A DNA stretch of 64,000 nucleotides, taken from positions 1 through 64,000 of the IMG/VR virus record IMGVR_UViG_3300020438_000007; one strand, written 5' to 3'. The notes beneath the pieces are model-generated. The model had not been told where the DNA came from. It did not search any database and saw only the letters and a list, made by a program, of their open reading frames with translations. Shown here one piece after another: positions 8,242-18,084 of this stretch. The translations under genes were made by a program, and so were the position numbers. Position 1 is the first letter of the stretch. Every line of letters begins with the position of its first letter.

Positions 8242-9167
8242 TATTCTGGTTCAATATATGATGGATCATTATGTAATTTAACCCAACGTGGAGGAATCAA
8301 ATCGCTCATGTCATACATGTCATACTTAATTCCAAACCAAGGATCGGGGGCAACAACTTGCCAGTGTCTTTGGATAGAGTTTTTACCCATCTTATCTCCA
8401 CCTTTCTGCAACCATGCACCCCACCATGATAATGATGAGTTAGCAATGATACCACCACCGCATAGTGTCATAAGACAGAGATCAATGTATGGTACAGATG
8501 CACCATCTCCAAACTCCTCATACGAGGCATCAGAGAACAGGAATCTATCCCCCTGTAACCATTCTTGTTCCTTACACCAATCAATAGTATCAGAAACAAC
8601 TACAACATTCTTATCTTCTGGAAACTTTGATAGTGCCTGAATGTAATATTCTTTCTTACAAATAGGATGATACTCTTGCACCATTTGATAAGACCATTTC
8701 TCTCCTCTTCTGCCTGTCACATTAGGATTACCTCTGCGAACATGTAGGAAGATATTATTATCTTGTCCACCATTCCCATCAATAAATTCTTGACATGGTT
8801 CTAGATATTCTTTCTTGAATGTAAAGTCATGTCTAATGTCGGCAGAGATACTTTCAAAATAATATTCTGTCTGAAAATTACCAGAGAAGTTAGTGTTGTC
8901 TTCACACTCATTATAGATCTTCTCATTGAAAGCCATGTCTCTATAGACTTCCTGTTTAGCAAAGAATGGTTCTCCCTGATTCTCTGGGAGACAACCACTC
9001 AATTCAAAGGCATCAAACAAACCATAGTTGTCTAACCTATCTGCATTTGGGCCTGGTACTACCCAATTAAACCCACGGTGTGCAGCAACACCTCTTACAA
9101 AAGCATACTGGAACATTTGATTCCCAAGTCTACCTTCGTTACCTAATCCTTGAAATGAAATAGCCAT
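8241..9167 (-). CDS. Glycosyltransferase family 11
   Basis: GRLGNQMFQY, HVRRGN and IIANSSLSWWGAWL motifs. Confidence 0.92.
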   Translation of the reverse strand: MAISFQGLGNEGRLGNQMFQYAFVRGVAAHRGFNWVVPGPNADRLDNYGLFDAFELSGCLPENQGEPFFAKQEVYRDMAFNEKIYNECEDNTNFSGNFQTEYYFESISADIRHDFTFKKEYLEPCQEFIDGNGGQDNNIFLHVRRGNPNVTGRRGEKWSYQMVQEYHPICKKEYYIQALSKFPEDKNVVVVSDTIDWCKEQEWLQGDRFLFSDASYEEFGDGASVPYIDLCLMTLCGGGIIANSSLSWWGAWLQKGGDKMGKNSIQRHWQVVAPDPWFGIKYDMYDMSDLIPPRWVKLHNDPSYIEPE

Positions 9168-10012
9168 TATTTAATCAATTTAATGTAGGGATACTCATCA
9201 GACATTCGACCATCATAATTCTTAAACTCATCATTTGATTCTAAGTCATAATAGAAGAATTGTCTACCATATCTAGGTACAGTTTTCTGCCATCCTAGAA
9301 AATTTATAACACCACTTGGAGTGGAAGTAATTGATTGATCTATAAGATCTTCATTACCATTCCAACTCCAAGGAACACAAGAGTCAACAGTAATGATAGT
9401 TGATTTACTTTTGAAAGCAGTCATTCTGAGGAACCCCTCACTATAACCACTAAAAGCATCATTCCTTTTATCATTTCTATTCCATTTCATACCATTAGTA
9501 GCGTGAAATATAATAGATAAATTTCTATCCACAAGATGTCTCTCACAAAAAGCAATACCCATCTCTTCTGAACTGCCCCACATATCATTACATACCATCC
9601 CAACAACAGGAAGAGAATCTAAGTAAAAATATCTTATGGGATCAGTTTCTAATCTACCCAAGCAGTAGTCTGAGGGAATACAATAAGTCTTATGAGTTAT
9701 TGTATTCAATTTTCCAGACTTATCATAATGTCTGATTTGATTTCTATGAATCAAACCAATGTGTTCTTTTTCTTTGAATAATGTTCCTAAGTGTAGTCCA
9801 ACTCCAGTATTGTGTTGTTCTATTTCTTTAAGAGCATCTTTCAATTCTTCATCTTTATCTTGCCAACCATTACAGTATCCAGATAAAGCACCCTCTGGTG
9901 TTAGGAGGTGATCAACTGCATTTTGTTTAGCCCAATCTAATGATTTTAATATCTCTATCTTATTAGATTGAATATTAGAACCAACAGGAATCTGAGCCCC
10001 TGCAATTCTCAT
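9167..10012 (-). CDS. Carbon-nitrogen hydrolase (nitrilase superfamily)
   Basis: MRIAGAQ start; catalytic triad E (TPEG), K (HKTY) and C (VCND). Confidence 0.8.
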   Translation of the reverse strand: MRIAGAQIPVGSNIQSNKIEILKSLDWAKQNAVDHLLTPEGALSGYCNGWQDKDEELKDALKEIEQHNTGVGLHLGTLFKEKEHIGLIHRNQIRHYDKSGKLNTITHKTYCIPSDYCLGRLETDPIRYFYLDSLPVVGMVCNDMWGSSEEMGIAFCERHLVDRNLSIIFHATNGMKWNRNDKRNDAFSGYSEGFLRMTAFKSKSTIITVDSCVPWSWNGNEDLIDQSITSTPSGVINFLGWQKTVPRYGRQFFYYDLESNDEFKNYDGRMSDEYPYIKLIK

Positions 10013-10013
10013 G

Positions 10014-10868
10014 TTACCAATAGTGTGTCTGCCAACGGGCAGGAACCATCATACTTGTATCTAAGTGTGACATGGCAGAACCATACCACTTCTCTGGATC
10101 AGGGGCGATGACTTTACCCCTATCCCTTTGCAACCATGCACCCCACCAACTGAATGAACTGTTAGCAATGATTGCACCAGAACAAAGACTCATCAAACAT
10201 AGATCAACCTGAGGCAGAAGAGTATTCTGCATCTGTCCTGTGCCATCAATAGTTTGATATTCATATCTCTCAGGATTATCATTGAAGATAAACCTATCGT
10301 TCTCAAAGAATGATTGTTTCTTACACCAATCAATATCATCTGTGAATACAAAGCATGGAGTATCAGGACTCCAAAATTCTAACGCAGTCTCAAAATATGA
10401 TAGCGGGAGGATGGGATGGAATTCTTCTCTTCCGATGTTGTCAGACTGTCTAATGTGAAGAAAAATAGGAGGGCTATCCAAACTATTGATGTAAGCAGTA
10501 CAAGGTTCGAGAACATCTTTCTTAAAAGTGAAATCTTCAAGGATCTGATCTGCAATGTGTACAAAGTAATCTTCTGTCTGTAGATAGGCATCTATATTGA
10601 CACCATCTGTACAATAAAATAATCCTTCATCAAAAGCATGTGTAGATTCTTTTACTGTCATGGCATCATTGAACCCAAGATTCTCAGGTTTTACATGCTT
10701 CATTTCAAAGGTATCAAACAATCCATAATTATCTTTATGATTGCAGTCAGGTGGTGGAATCATCCACTGATACTGATTATAATTTGCGATTCCTCTGAGT
10801 GAGGCATACTGGAACATTTGGTTTCCAAGTCTACCATTACTACCGAGGCGATTATAACTAATCGTCAA
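10014..10868 (-). CDS. Glycosyltransferase family 11
   Basis: GRLGNQMFQY, HIRQSD and IIANSSFSWWGAWL motifs; TTG start. Confidence 0.9.
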   Translation of the reverse strand: MTISYNRLGSNGRLGNQMFQYASLRGIANYNQYQWMIPPPDCNHKDNYGLFDTFEMKHVKPENLGFNDAMTVKESTHAFDEGLFYCTDGVNIDAYLQTEDYFVHIADQILEDFTFKKDVLEPCTAYINSLDSPPIFLHIRQSDNIGREEFHPILPLSYFETALEFWSPDTPCFVFTDDIDWCKKQSFFENDRFIFNDNPERYEYQTIDGTGQMQNTLLPQVDLCLMSLCSGAIIANSSFSWWGAWLQRDRGKVIAPDPEKWYGSAMSHLDTSMMVPARWQTHYW

Positions 10869-12016
10869 AGGTCAATCCTCCATGTCTTCTCATGTATTTC
10901 ATTATAGTTCTTGACGAAGATAAGACTATCGCCATAATCTTCTTCTAGTTCCTCGCTATATTCATCAACAACAGCATCAATCTCTTGAACATATACCGTG
11001 TGACCATCCTTTAAAAGATCTTCTACTAGTCTAAGTCGTGGACTTTCAACTATAAGATCACATCCTATCTTGTAACCAATACTATCAATAAAGAAAGGTA
11101 GTCCGTCTACATTTCTTTCTACACAGTAGTTCTTAATGAACTCTGCATGTGCTTCATTGAAATCATCAGTTACTTGAGGAAGACTATACTTAAGACCAAC
11201 CTTATCAGCATAGTGTCCTAAAGCACGGTTGTCACGGGGCAGACAAGGACCTCCGAAACCTAAACCATAGTTCAAATATTTAGACCCAATCCTACTGTCC
11301 TGTCCGATAGATGATAGAACGTTTTTGATCTCATCACCACACCCAGAATTGTATAGAATCTGACCCATCATGTTAGCATAACTGATCTTATATGTAAGGA
11401 AACAATTAATACCAATCTTAGTAATCTCTGCAGCAGTATTAGACATGGGGTAGAAGTCTACATCTCTATCCATGATTCCACAGTAGATTGATTTGATAAG
11501 TTCAAATCCTTCCTCATCATTGCCACCACACAGAATCATATCTGCATTTCTCATGTCTCTGATAATTGTTCCCTGTGCAACAAACTCAGGACTATAGAAT
11601 ACACTTATACCTCTATCCTCCAATGTTTTGTCTACCTTATCAACAAAGCCTGGATTGGTTGTGCATCCAACAATAAATTTCTTACCCTCTAAATTAGGAG
11701 ATCTAATTAGATCAGACACCACTTCATCAACTAAACTACAATCGTAACTACCATCTTCTAGAGATGGCGTAGGAACAAAGGTAAAGATAACATCAGAAGA
11801 TTTTATAACATCAATATTACTAGTAGTTGCTCTAAGTTTTGTTGATCGAAGTAAAAGATCTTCTACCTCTGGTTCATTACTATAAAGTTCTTTAGCGGTA
11901 AGTTTATTGACATAACTTGGGTTTATGTCAGAAACATATACATCATGACCAGCGGACTCTGCAAGCAGGGCAAAACAAATGCCAAGTCTTCCAGCACCGA
12001 TAACACCGATTTTCAT
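10865..12016 (-). CDS. UDP-glucose/GDP-mannose dehydrogenase family protein
   Basis: GAGRLG Rossmann motif, VPTP, SPEF and GFGGPCLPRD catalytic Cys motif. Confidence 0.92.
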   Translation of the reverse strand: MKIGVIGAGRLGICFALLAESAGHDVYVSDINPSYVNKLTAKELYSNEPEVEDLLLRSTKLRATTSNIDVIKSSDVIFTFVPTPSLEDGSYDCSLVDEVVSDLIRSPNLEGKKFIVGCTTNPGFVDKVDKTLEDRGISVFYSPEFVAQGTIIRDMRNADMILCGGNDEEGFELIKSIYCGIMDRDVDFYPMSNTAAEITKIGINCFLTYKISYANMMGQILYNSGCGDEIKNVLSSIGQDSRIGSKYLNYGLGFGGPCLPRDNRALGHYADKVGLKYSLPQVTDDFNEAHAEFIKNYCVERNVDGLPFFIDSIGYKIGCDLIVESPRLRLVEDLLKDGHTVYVQEIDAVVDEYSEELEEDYGDSLIFVKNYNEIHEKTWRIDL

Positions 12017-12023
12017 TGTGAAA

Positions 12024-12785
12024 TTAAACCTCTAATTTGTACGTTGGGATAGGATCCATTTTATGTTTGTTTTGGGCATTAAATCTGTTCAAGATTTCTA
12101 AGGCAGGACCTGCACCAGTTTCCATTGCCTCTTCTAGTTGTTCGTATGAAGCACCAATCTGGTCTTCATCGTTTCTACCATCCTCCCACAGTCCATCTGT
12201 AGGAGTTGCATTGATGATCTCAGTAATCACTCCGAGTTCTCTTCCGAGCTCTCTGACTTCTGATTTATAAAGGTCCGCAATCGGAGCAATGTCAACCCCA
12301 CCATCACCATACTTAGTATAAAAACCGACTCCATAGTCCTCCACTTTGTTTCCTGTTCCAACCACTATACCACCCACATTGGCAGCGACATGATATAGTG
12401 TCACCATCCGTAGTCTGGATTTAGTATTGGCTTTCGCCATTGGATTACCAGTATACTCCACACCTACCTCACTTGTCAAATCAGACATAAGTTTAGCATA
12501 GGATTCTGATAGATCTGCTTTTAGAATTTTCACATTAGGATACATTGAACTTAACCAATACATGTGTGCATCGGATAGAGTTTCTTGTTCTTTGTTTTGA
12601 TTCAATGGCATACCTACAAGGTAAGTCGGTTTACCTGTTTTTACTGCAAGAGTAGAAGCAACAGCAGAATCAATTCCACCAGACACTCCTACTACAAAAC
12701 TATTAATATTATTTGTGTGTGTATATTTGCACAACCACCCAACCATATCAATGGTGAGTGATTTATAATCTTTGATTCGATTCAT
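12024..12785 (-). CDS. nadE: NH3-dependent NAD+ synthetase
   Basis: SGGIDS PP-loop, NTKSRLRM, GTGNKVE, YTKYGDG, PTDGLW and DEDQIG motifs. Confidence 0.93.
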   Translation of the reverse strand: MNRIKDYKSLTIDMVGWLCKYTHTNNINSFVVGVSGGIDSAVASTLAVKTGKPTYLVGMPLNQNKEQETLSDAHMYWLSSMYPNVKILKADLSESYAKLMSDLTSEVGVEYTGNPMAKANTKSRLRMVTLYHVAANVGGIVVGTGNKVEDYGVGFYTKYGDGGVDIAPIADLYKSEVRELGRELGVITEIINATPTDGLWEDGRNDEDQIGASYEQLEEAMETGAGPALEILNRFNAQNKHKMDPIPTYKLEV

Positions 12786-13594
12786 TTTCTAGTGGCTAGA
12801 ATGACAGTGTTTTCATAATCACGACCTGTATCAAAGGTGTAATCTTTTTTGATCTTCTCAATGAAATCATTATAATAGAATTCATTAAAGTTGACAAGGT
12901 TGTATATCATATAAACATATTTTGAATTAGTAATAACCTTATCGTAATATGCCATCTGTGTAGGAAGATCACACTCGGATAGAGCGTAGTTACTGATGAA
13001 TAAATCTACATCTTTAATCTCTTCGTACTCTGTACATGGAATACATGTTACCTTATCTTTCAGATCTTCAAACTGATCTAGATATTTTCTCTGCAAGGCA
13101 GATACTTCTGGTAAGTCGATCAAAATATATTGATCAAACTCACACACTTTACTCAAGACTCTACAGAGTCCACCATATCCACCACCTACTTCAACAACCT
13201 TACCAACTTCAGCACCATCAAGTAAGAATCCCATCTCAAAAGTATTCTTCATATACCTAAGAGTTGTAGGAGATATTGTACCAGTCATGCCTGGATACGG
13301 ATACAGTTCTGGATTACCAATCTTGTCATTCTCCTTGAATGACTCAAGGTTATCCCATACGGCATCCTCATTCATATCCTTACAGATGTTTAGATATGCC
13401 TGTCCTTGATCCTTGAGTACATGTTCTAGAATAGTTTTGTACTTTGGATTGGATTTGAAGTTTGCAAAGGCATCATCAGATGCAACTGCTTCCTTACATG
13501 CTTCAAGATATTCTACAGCGATTTGATCTTCTGCTTGCCATCCGCTGCGATCATCTTGAACAGCAGTGGCAGATACGTCAATGATTTCACTCAT
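12782..13594 (-). CDS. Putative sugar O-methyltransferase (SAM-dependent)
   Basis: VVEVGGGYGGL, LIDLPE and ISNYALSE motifs; inside the glycan cluster. Confidence 0.8.
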   Translation of the reverse strand: MSEIIDVSATAVQDDRSGWQAEDQIAVEYLEACKEAVASDDAFANFKSNPKYKTILEHVLKDQGQAYLNICKDMNEDAVWDNLESFKENDKIGNPELYPYPGMTGTISPTTLRYMKNTFEMGFLLDGAEVGKVVEVGGGYGGLCRVLSKVCEFDQYILIDLPEVSALQRKYLDQFEDLKDKVTCIPCTEYEEIKDVDLFISNYALSECDLPTQMAYYDKVITNSKYVYMIYNLVNFNEFYYNDFIEKIKKDYTFDTGRDYENTVILATRK

Positions 13595-14568
13595 GTTAAT
13601 TGTGGTTTCTGATTTCTAAGTGGGTCTAGTTGTGCAAAGTAGTTTCCATACATGTAATCCTCTGCGACTCTCATGCACTGAGCAGTCTCAAAGTTTTCTT
13701 GTATTACATCTTTCTTGGATTCATAATACTCTGGTGTGAGTTTATCCCAAGGAATATTCTCCCAAGGTGTTTTCTCATCTAGGAAGATGATACCTTCTGG
13801 ATTGAAGTATTGTGCTACTCCAACAGTTCCATAATAGACTGGAATAGTTCCACACGCAAAACAATCTGTCAACTTCTCCGTAAAGTAAGTTGGATAGTTT
13901 GCATTTTCTACTGCAAAAGAGAACATATAATCTCTCAATGCTCTTGACTTTTCTGTCAGTGGTAACTCTTGGGGTAATCCCCAACCAAATAAATCATCAC
14001 CACCTTGTTTTTTGAAGTAAGATTCTACAACTTTAAGGCGACGTTGATGTCCTAGAGTATATCCTTTGTTAGATGCGACCATTGAGACAAGTTTTGACTT
14101 CTTATAGACTGCCCTATCCATGACCCAAGGAGCAGCATTAGATAAACAATAGAGAAATTTGCCATCTGCGCCACTCTCATTCGTTAGTCTCTGATCAGCA
14201 GTAAAGATCCCATCAACCCGACTAGCAACAAAATCATAATTCTCTTCTATGAATTTATACTGTTCTGGAATAATTTCCCTTGACTCTAACAACCAGATAA
14301 ACTTTGGGTTATCGCTGGTGTCCTCCAAGACTTTTAGTGCCTCCCCATTCACATAGAGATTTACTAGACCAGTTCCGTTACGAATCCATCTAGTGTAAAC
14401 CGACCTATTGTTTGCCGAAGTAGATGGTTCTAATGAATCATTACAATAAAGATTGATAGGAAATTTTGAGTCAGGTCCTAGAACAGGAAAGTCCATTCCT
14501 GTAGGACTCTTCTTGGCTTTATCAACTGCCTCTCTCAGTGCTGCTGCCTCAGCATCATACTTATTCAT
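13591..14568 (-). CDS. Glycosyltransferase family 10 (alpha-1,3-fucosyltransferase-like)
   Basis: YMFSFAVEN...YFTEKLTDCF..GTIPVYYG motif. Confidence 0.85.
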   Translation of the reverse strand: MNKYDAEAAALREAVDKAKKSPTGMDFPVLGPDSKFPINLYCNDSLEPSTSANNRSVYTRWIRNGTGLVNLYVNGEALKVLEDTSDNPKFIWLLESREIIPEQYKFIEENYDFVASRVDGIFTADQRLTNESGADGKFLYCLSNAAPWVMDRAVYKKSKLVSMVASNKGYTLGHQRRLKVVESYFKKQGGDDLFGWGLPQELPLTEKSRALRDYMFSFAVENANYPTYFTEKLTDCFACGTIPVYYGTVGVAQYFNPEGIIFLDEKTPWENIPWDKLTPEYYESKKDVIQENFETAQCMRVAEDYMYGNYFAQLDPLRNQKPQLT

Positions 14569-15478
14569 AGTCTTTCCTCATCTCCTCAAATACTTTTTTC
14601 AAACCTTCTGGAACCGATGTTTTGGGGTTCCAAAACTTCTGGATGAATGGGTCGGGAACGTTCCTAGCATCCTTTTGCACTTCATCCTTCGACTGTGCTG
14701 GAGTAACCGTGATCTCCTTGCCAATACCCGAAAATAATAACTTAATTTCAGACGCAATCTCCAACACAGTTGTATAAACACCAGTAGTAATATGAAGTTC
14801 ATCGTCAGAACAGAGATCGTGGTATGTCTCCATAACAGTCTCCAACGCCTCACAACAGTCCTCCGCATAAAGAAATTCCCTCGCTTCAGTTCCGTCTGTC
14901 ATCATATCTATATCACCAGACTCAAACCCTTTACGGATGAAATCTGTAATGACATGTGCCTTGTTCATGTCTTTCTCAATACCATATACATTCCAGAACT
15001 TGACAATCAATCCACCAAGAGACTTAGTATAAAGTTCACCAACTCTCTTCAATACACCATAAGGAGAGTAAGACATGTTACTCATCTGAGATGATGCAAA
15101 GACAAATGGTTTCTTGTGTTTCTCAAGTAGACCAAAGGCATTTGCCATCAGTCTTGTATTATTATCTATGAACTGAAAAGTATGTTGATACTTTTTAAGA
15201 TAGTGTGATCCTCCTACATCAAAGGCGAGGAAGTACACAAAATCTGCCATATAAATTTTGGCTTCAAGTTCACCATTAGGAATGACTGTCATGTCCTGTT
15301 CACTACCATTAGTGATATCAAACTCAAGGACTTCATTCCCCATACGATTAAGATAATCAGTCAGATATGCTCCAACTTGACCACCCGATCCCAATACTAA
15401 AATCTTACGAGGTTTTAAAGTCTCGTAATACATGTCTTCATAATCCATATTTGAAATAATAACCTCCATCAAATCCAA
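14561..15478 (-). CDS. NAD-dependent nucleotide-sugar epimerase/dehydratase
   Basis: GSGGQVG, YGVLK (YxxxK) and REFLYAED motifs. Confidence 0.88.
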   Translation of the reverse strand: MDLMEVIISNMDYEDMYYETLKPRKILVLGSGGQVGAYLTDYLNRMGNEVLEFDITNGSEQDMTVIPNGELEAKIYMADFVYFLAFDVGGSHYLKKYQHTFQFIDNNTRLMANAFGLLEKHKKPFVFASSQMSNMSYSPYGVLKRVGELYTKSLGGLIVKFWNVYGIEKDMNKAHVITDFIRKGFESGDIDMMTDGTEAREFLYAEDCCEALETVMETYHDLCSDDELHITTGVYTTVLEIASEIKLLFSGIGKEITVTPAQSKDEVQKDARNVPDPFIQKFWNPKTSVPEGLKKVFEEMRKDYE

Positions 15479-16056
15479 TCAACAGAATGCTTCTCATCAA
15501 AATTGACAAGACCTGTACCACTCATGTGGCCAATCTCAGTGACATTAATCTTAGGATATGTAATTCTATTCCAGAAGTCCTCGATCTCAGGCCATTGAGG
15601 TCCAATATCATCTAGGAGAACAATACCTTTCCAACCTTTCTCTTCTAAAAATTCAAACATCTCTTCCTCTGCCGTTCCATCATGAGGATCAACATCAATC
15701 ATTATAATAGAAATATGATCCCAATTCAAGTCATCCGATCTAAAGTCTTGAATCTTAAACTCGACATTATCTTTCTTGATTCCTTCTGATGCACCTTGCT
15801 CAACTAAGTCATAACTAATAACTCTATTTTTGTCATTGTATGATAGTGCAAGGGCAGAACCACCTGTCCTTGTACCAACATCTAAGATAATAGAATCATT
15901 GAATTGTGTAGATAACCAAGAATACAATCGGTATTCACTCTGACCAGCAGAGAGCCAGTCATTTGGGTTGAGTGATTGTTCTGCAAGATGCGAAACATCT
16001 AGACTACTGATTGCATCCTTATCAAGTTGAATTGTTTTCTTAGTTACTTTTCGCAT
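15469..16056 (-). CDS. Class I SAM-dependent methyltransferase
   Basis: LDVGTRTGGS, IDVDPH and LLDD motifs; start at MRKV. Confidence 0.75.
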   Translation of the reverse strand: MRKVTKKTIQLDKDAISSLDVSHLAEQSLNPNDWLSAGQSEYRLYSWLSTQFNDSIILDVGTRTGGSALALSYNDKNRVISYDLVEQGASEGIKKDNVEFKIQDFRSDDLNWDHISIIMIDVDPHDGTAEEEMFEFLEEKGWKGIVLLDDIGPQWPEIEDFWNRITYPKINVTEIGHMSGTGLVNFDEKHSVDWI

Positions 16057-17095
16057 GTTCCAATACCTTTGGTGTAATTTCAACTACGCCATGTTGACGA
16101 GATTTAATTTGTTCAGTGATCCAAGCATAAGTCTTGGAGATACCTTCTTCAAGAGTCTGTGAATAATCCCATCCAAGTTTCTCACGAATGAGATCATTGT
16201 TTGAATTACGTCCACGGACACCCAAAGGTGCATCGAGTTTGTGTGCCTTTCTAACAACCTTACCTGATACCTTAGCAGCAGTTTCTACTAACTGATTGAT
16301 AGTAACCATTTCTTCAGAACCAATGTTAACAGGTCCTGCAAAATCAGAATCAATCAGCCTACGAGTTGCTTCAATACACTCATCAATGAAGAGGAAGGAT
16401 CTCGTCTGCAATCCATCACCCCATACCTCGATCGTTCCTCCCACCTCTGGGAGTAGTGAGACCTTACGACAGATTGCGGCGGGAGCCTTTTCCTTTCCTC
16501 CATCCCATGTTCCTTCTGGTCCAAAAATGTTATGATAACGAGCCACAGAAACGTCAAGGTTGTAGTTGCGAGCATATGCAAAATACAATCTCTCTGAAAA
16601 TAGTTTCTCCCATCCATACTCAGAGTCTGGATTGGCTGGGTAGGCAGAGTTTTCACGACAATCAGGATTGTCTGGATCTAATTGATTATGTTCTGGGTAC
16701 ATACAAGCAGAACTAGAATAGAAGATTTTAGTTTTGTTTACATCTAACAATCTATTCAATGCAACTTGTTCGTTCAATACATTAAGATTGATCGAAGCTG
16801 AGTTGTGCATGATGTCAGCGGAGTGTTCATCTGTAAAGATATATCCAGCACCACCCATATCGGCAGCGAACTGGTAGATCTCATCGAAAGCATCTCCTTC
16901 CACATCTAAGACTCTTGCCACAAGTCCTACTTCTCTAAGATCACCTCGAACAAAATCATCGGCAGCACTCATAGAAAAATCGGGGTACTTAATATCAACG
17001 CCACGAACCCAATACCCTTCTGATCGTAGTCGTTTTACCATGTGACTTCCAATGAAGCCACCTGCACCCAATACTAGTGCTGTCTTCTTATCCAT
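16040..17095 (-). CDS. GDP-mannose 3,5-epimerase-like SDR enzyme
   Basis: GAGGFIGSH, AADMGG, SSACMYPE, YGWEK, KEKAPAA and WGDGLQTRSF motifs resemble the GME subfamily. Confidence 0.8.
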   Translation of the reverse strand: MDKKTALVLGAGGFIGSHMVKRLRSEGYWVRGVDIKYPDFSMSAADDFVRGDLREVGLVARVLDVEGDAFDEIYQFAADMGGAGYIFTDEHSADIMHNSASINLNVLNEQVALNRLLDVNKTKIFYSSSACMYPEHNQLDPDNPDCRENSAYPANPDSEYGWEKLFSERLYFAYARNYNLDVSVARYHNIFGPEGTWDGGKEKAPAAICRKVSLLPEVGGTIEVWGDGLQTRSFLFIDECIEATRRLIDSDFAGPVNIGSEEMVTINQLVETAAKVSGKVVRKAHKLDAPLGVRGRNSNNDLIREKLGWDYSQTLEEGISKTYAWITEQIKSRQHGVVEITPKVLEHAKSN

Positions 17096-17129
17096 AGTTG
17101 TATACAAGTTTGAGAAATAAACTTCATCT

Positions 17130-17136
17130 TATTTAT
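17130..17136 (-). promoter_or_regulatory. Late promoter ATAAATA heading the glycan operon
   Basis: Intergenic match 35 bp upstream of the GME-like start. Confidence 0.65.
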
Positions 17137-17140
17137 TGTA

Positions 17141-17878
17141 TCACGCACTGACCGTTTTCGCAATAACCGTATCCAAAATGTTCACAGTTGGAAACCAACC
17201 GAGCTCCATGAGAGGCATGATATCTGCACATAATGAATCAGGTTCATTAGGTGTGTCTTCCTTGATAGGAAGATGTCCCATACCCATGGCACTGGCCAAT
17301 TCTATTACAGAAGTTTTATGTCCTGTTCCAACATCAATCGTACCTGTAAATGAACTAGGAATCAAAGTCGCAATCGCTCTGACAACATCCAATACATGAA
17401 CCCAATCTCTCTCATGTCTTGTGATATACTTTGCAGTTCCTTGTTTCAACATTTCATATAACATATCATCTCTACTACCTTCCTCTGCCCAGACATTAAA
17501 AAACCTCATACCCACACTATTAGGTGGAGCCATGAGTTCATTTACTTTCTTTGTTATTGCATAAGGATTTTGCCACCAACCGTATGCACCAGCAGAACTT
17601 GCATACAACAAGCGAGTACCATACTTTCTACAATAATCAAATATGGGTTTAGATTTTTCAACGTTGTTCTCCCAGAATTTATCAGGATTATCTACACTAT
17701 CTCTGAGTGCAGCATAGGCAGCAAGATGAACTATGAGATCATAGTCTGCACATCCAACGTCTGCAAAGTCTCCTATGTCATCTGGTCTGTCCAGTCCATC
17801 AACATCAAAGATGTCACTGAGAAAATCAAAGACATGACTGCCAATGAAACCTTTGTGACCTGTTACTAATACTTTCAT
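17141..17878 (-). CDS. NAD-dependent epimerase/dehydratase
   Basis: VTGHKGFIG, HLAA, YAITK and RDWVHVLD motifs. Confidence 0.9.
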   Translation of the reverse strand: MKVLVTGHKGFIGSHVFDFLSDIFDVDGLDRPDDIGDFADVGCADYDLIVHLAAYAALRDSVDNPDKFWENNVEKSKPIFDYCRKYGTRLLYASSAGAYGWWQNPYAITKKVNELMAPPNSVGMRFFNVWAEEGSRDDMLYEMLKQGTAKYITRHERDWVHVLDVVRAIATLIPSSFTGTIDVGTGHKTSVIELASAMGMGHLPIKEDTPNEPDSLCADIMPLMELGWFPTVNILDTVIAKTVSA

Positions 17879-18084
17879 TTTCTTTTCTTTCTATGCCTTG
17901 CAATCCAATTCCGTGCAGTGGCATCATTAAGAGATGTGTGTAGGATCTCTCCTTTATATACTATCACTCTTTTGGATTTACCGCAAGGAACTGCTGCGTA
18001 TCCATCTTTAGTAAAGAAACCCATCTTAGTATCCTTATAAAAATTATAAGTTGATTTGAGTTCCTTCTCTTCTGGAGTCATCAT
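17875..18084 (-). CDS. Hypothetical protein
   Basis: 69 aa ORF with ATGA overlaps. Confidence 0.7.
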   Translation of the reverse strand: MMTPEEKELKSTYNFYKDTKMGFFTKDGYAAVPCGKSKRVIVYKGEILHTSLNDATARNWIARHRKKRK

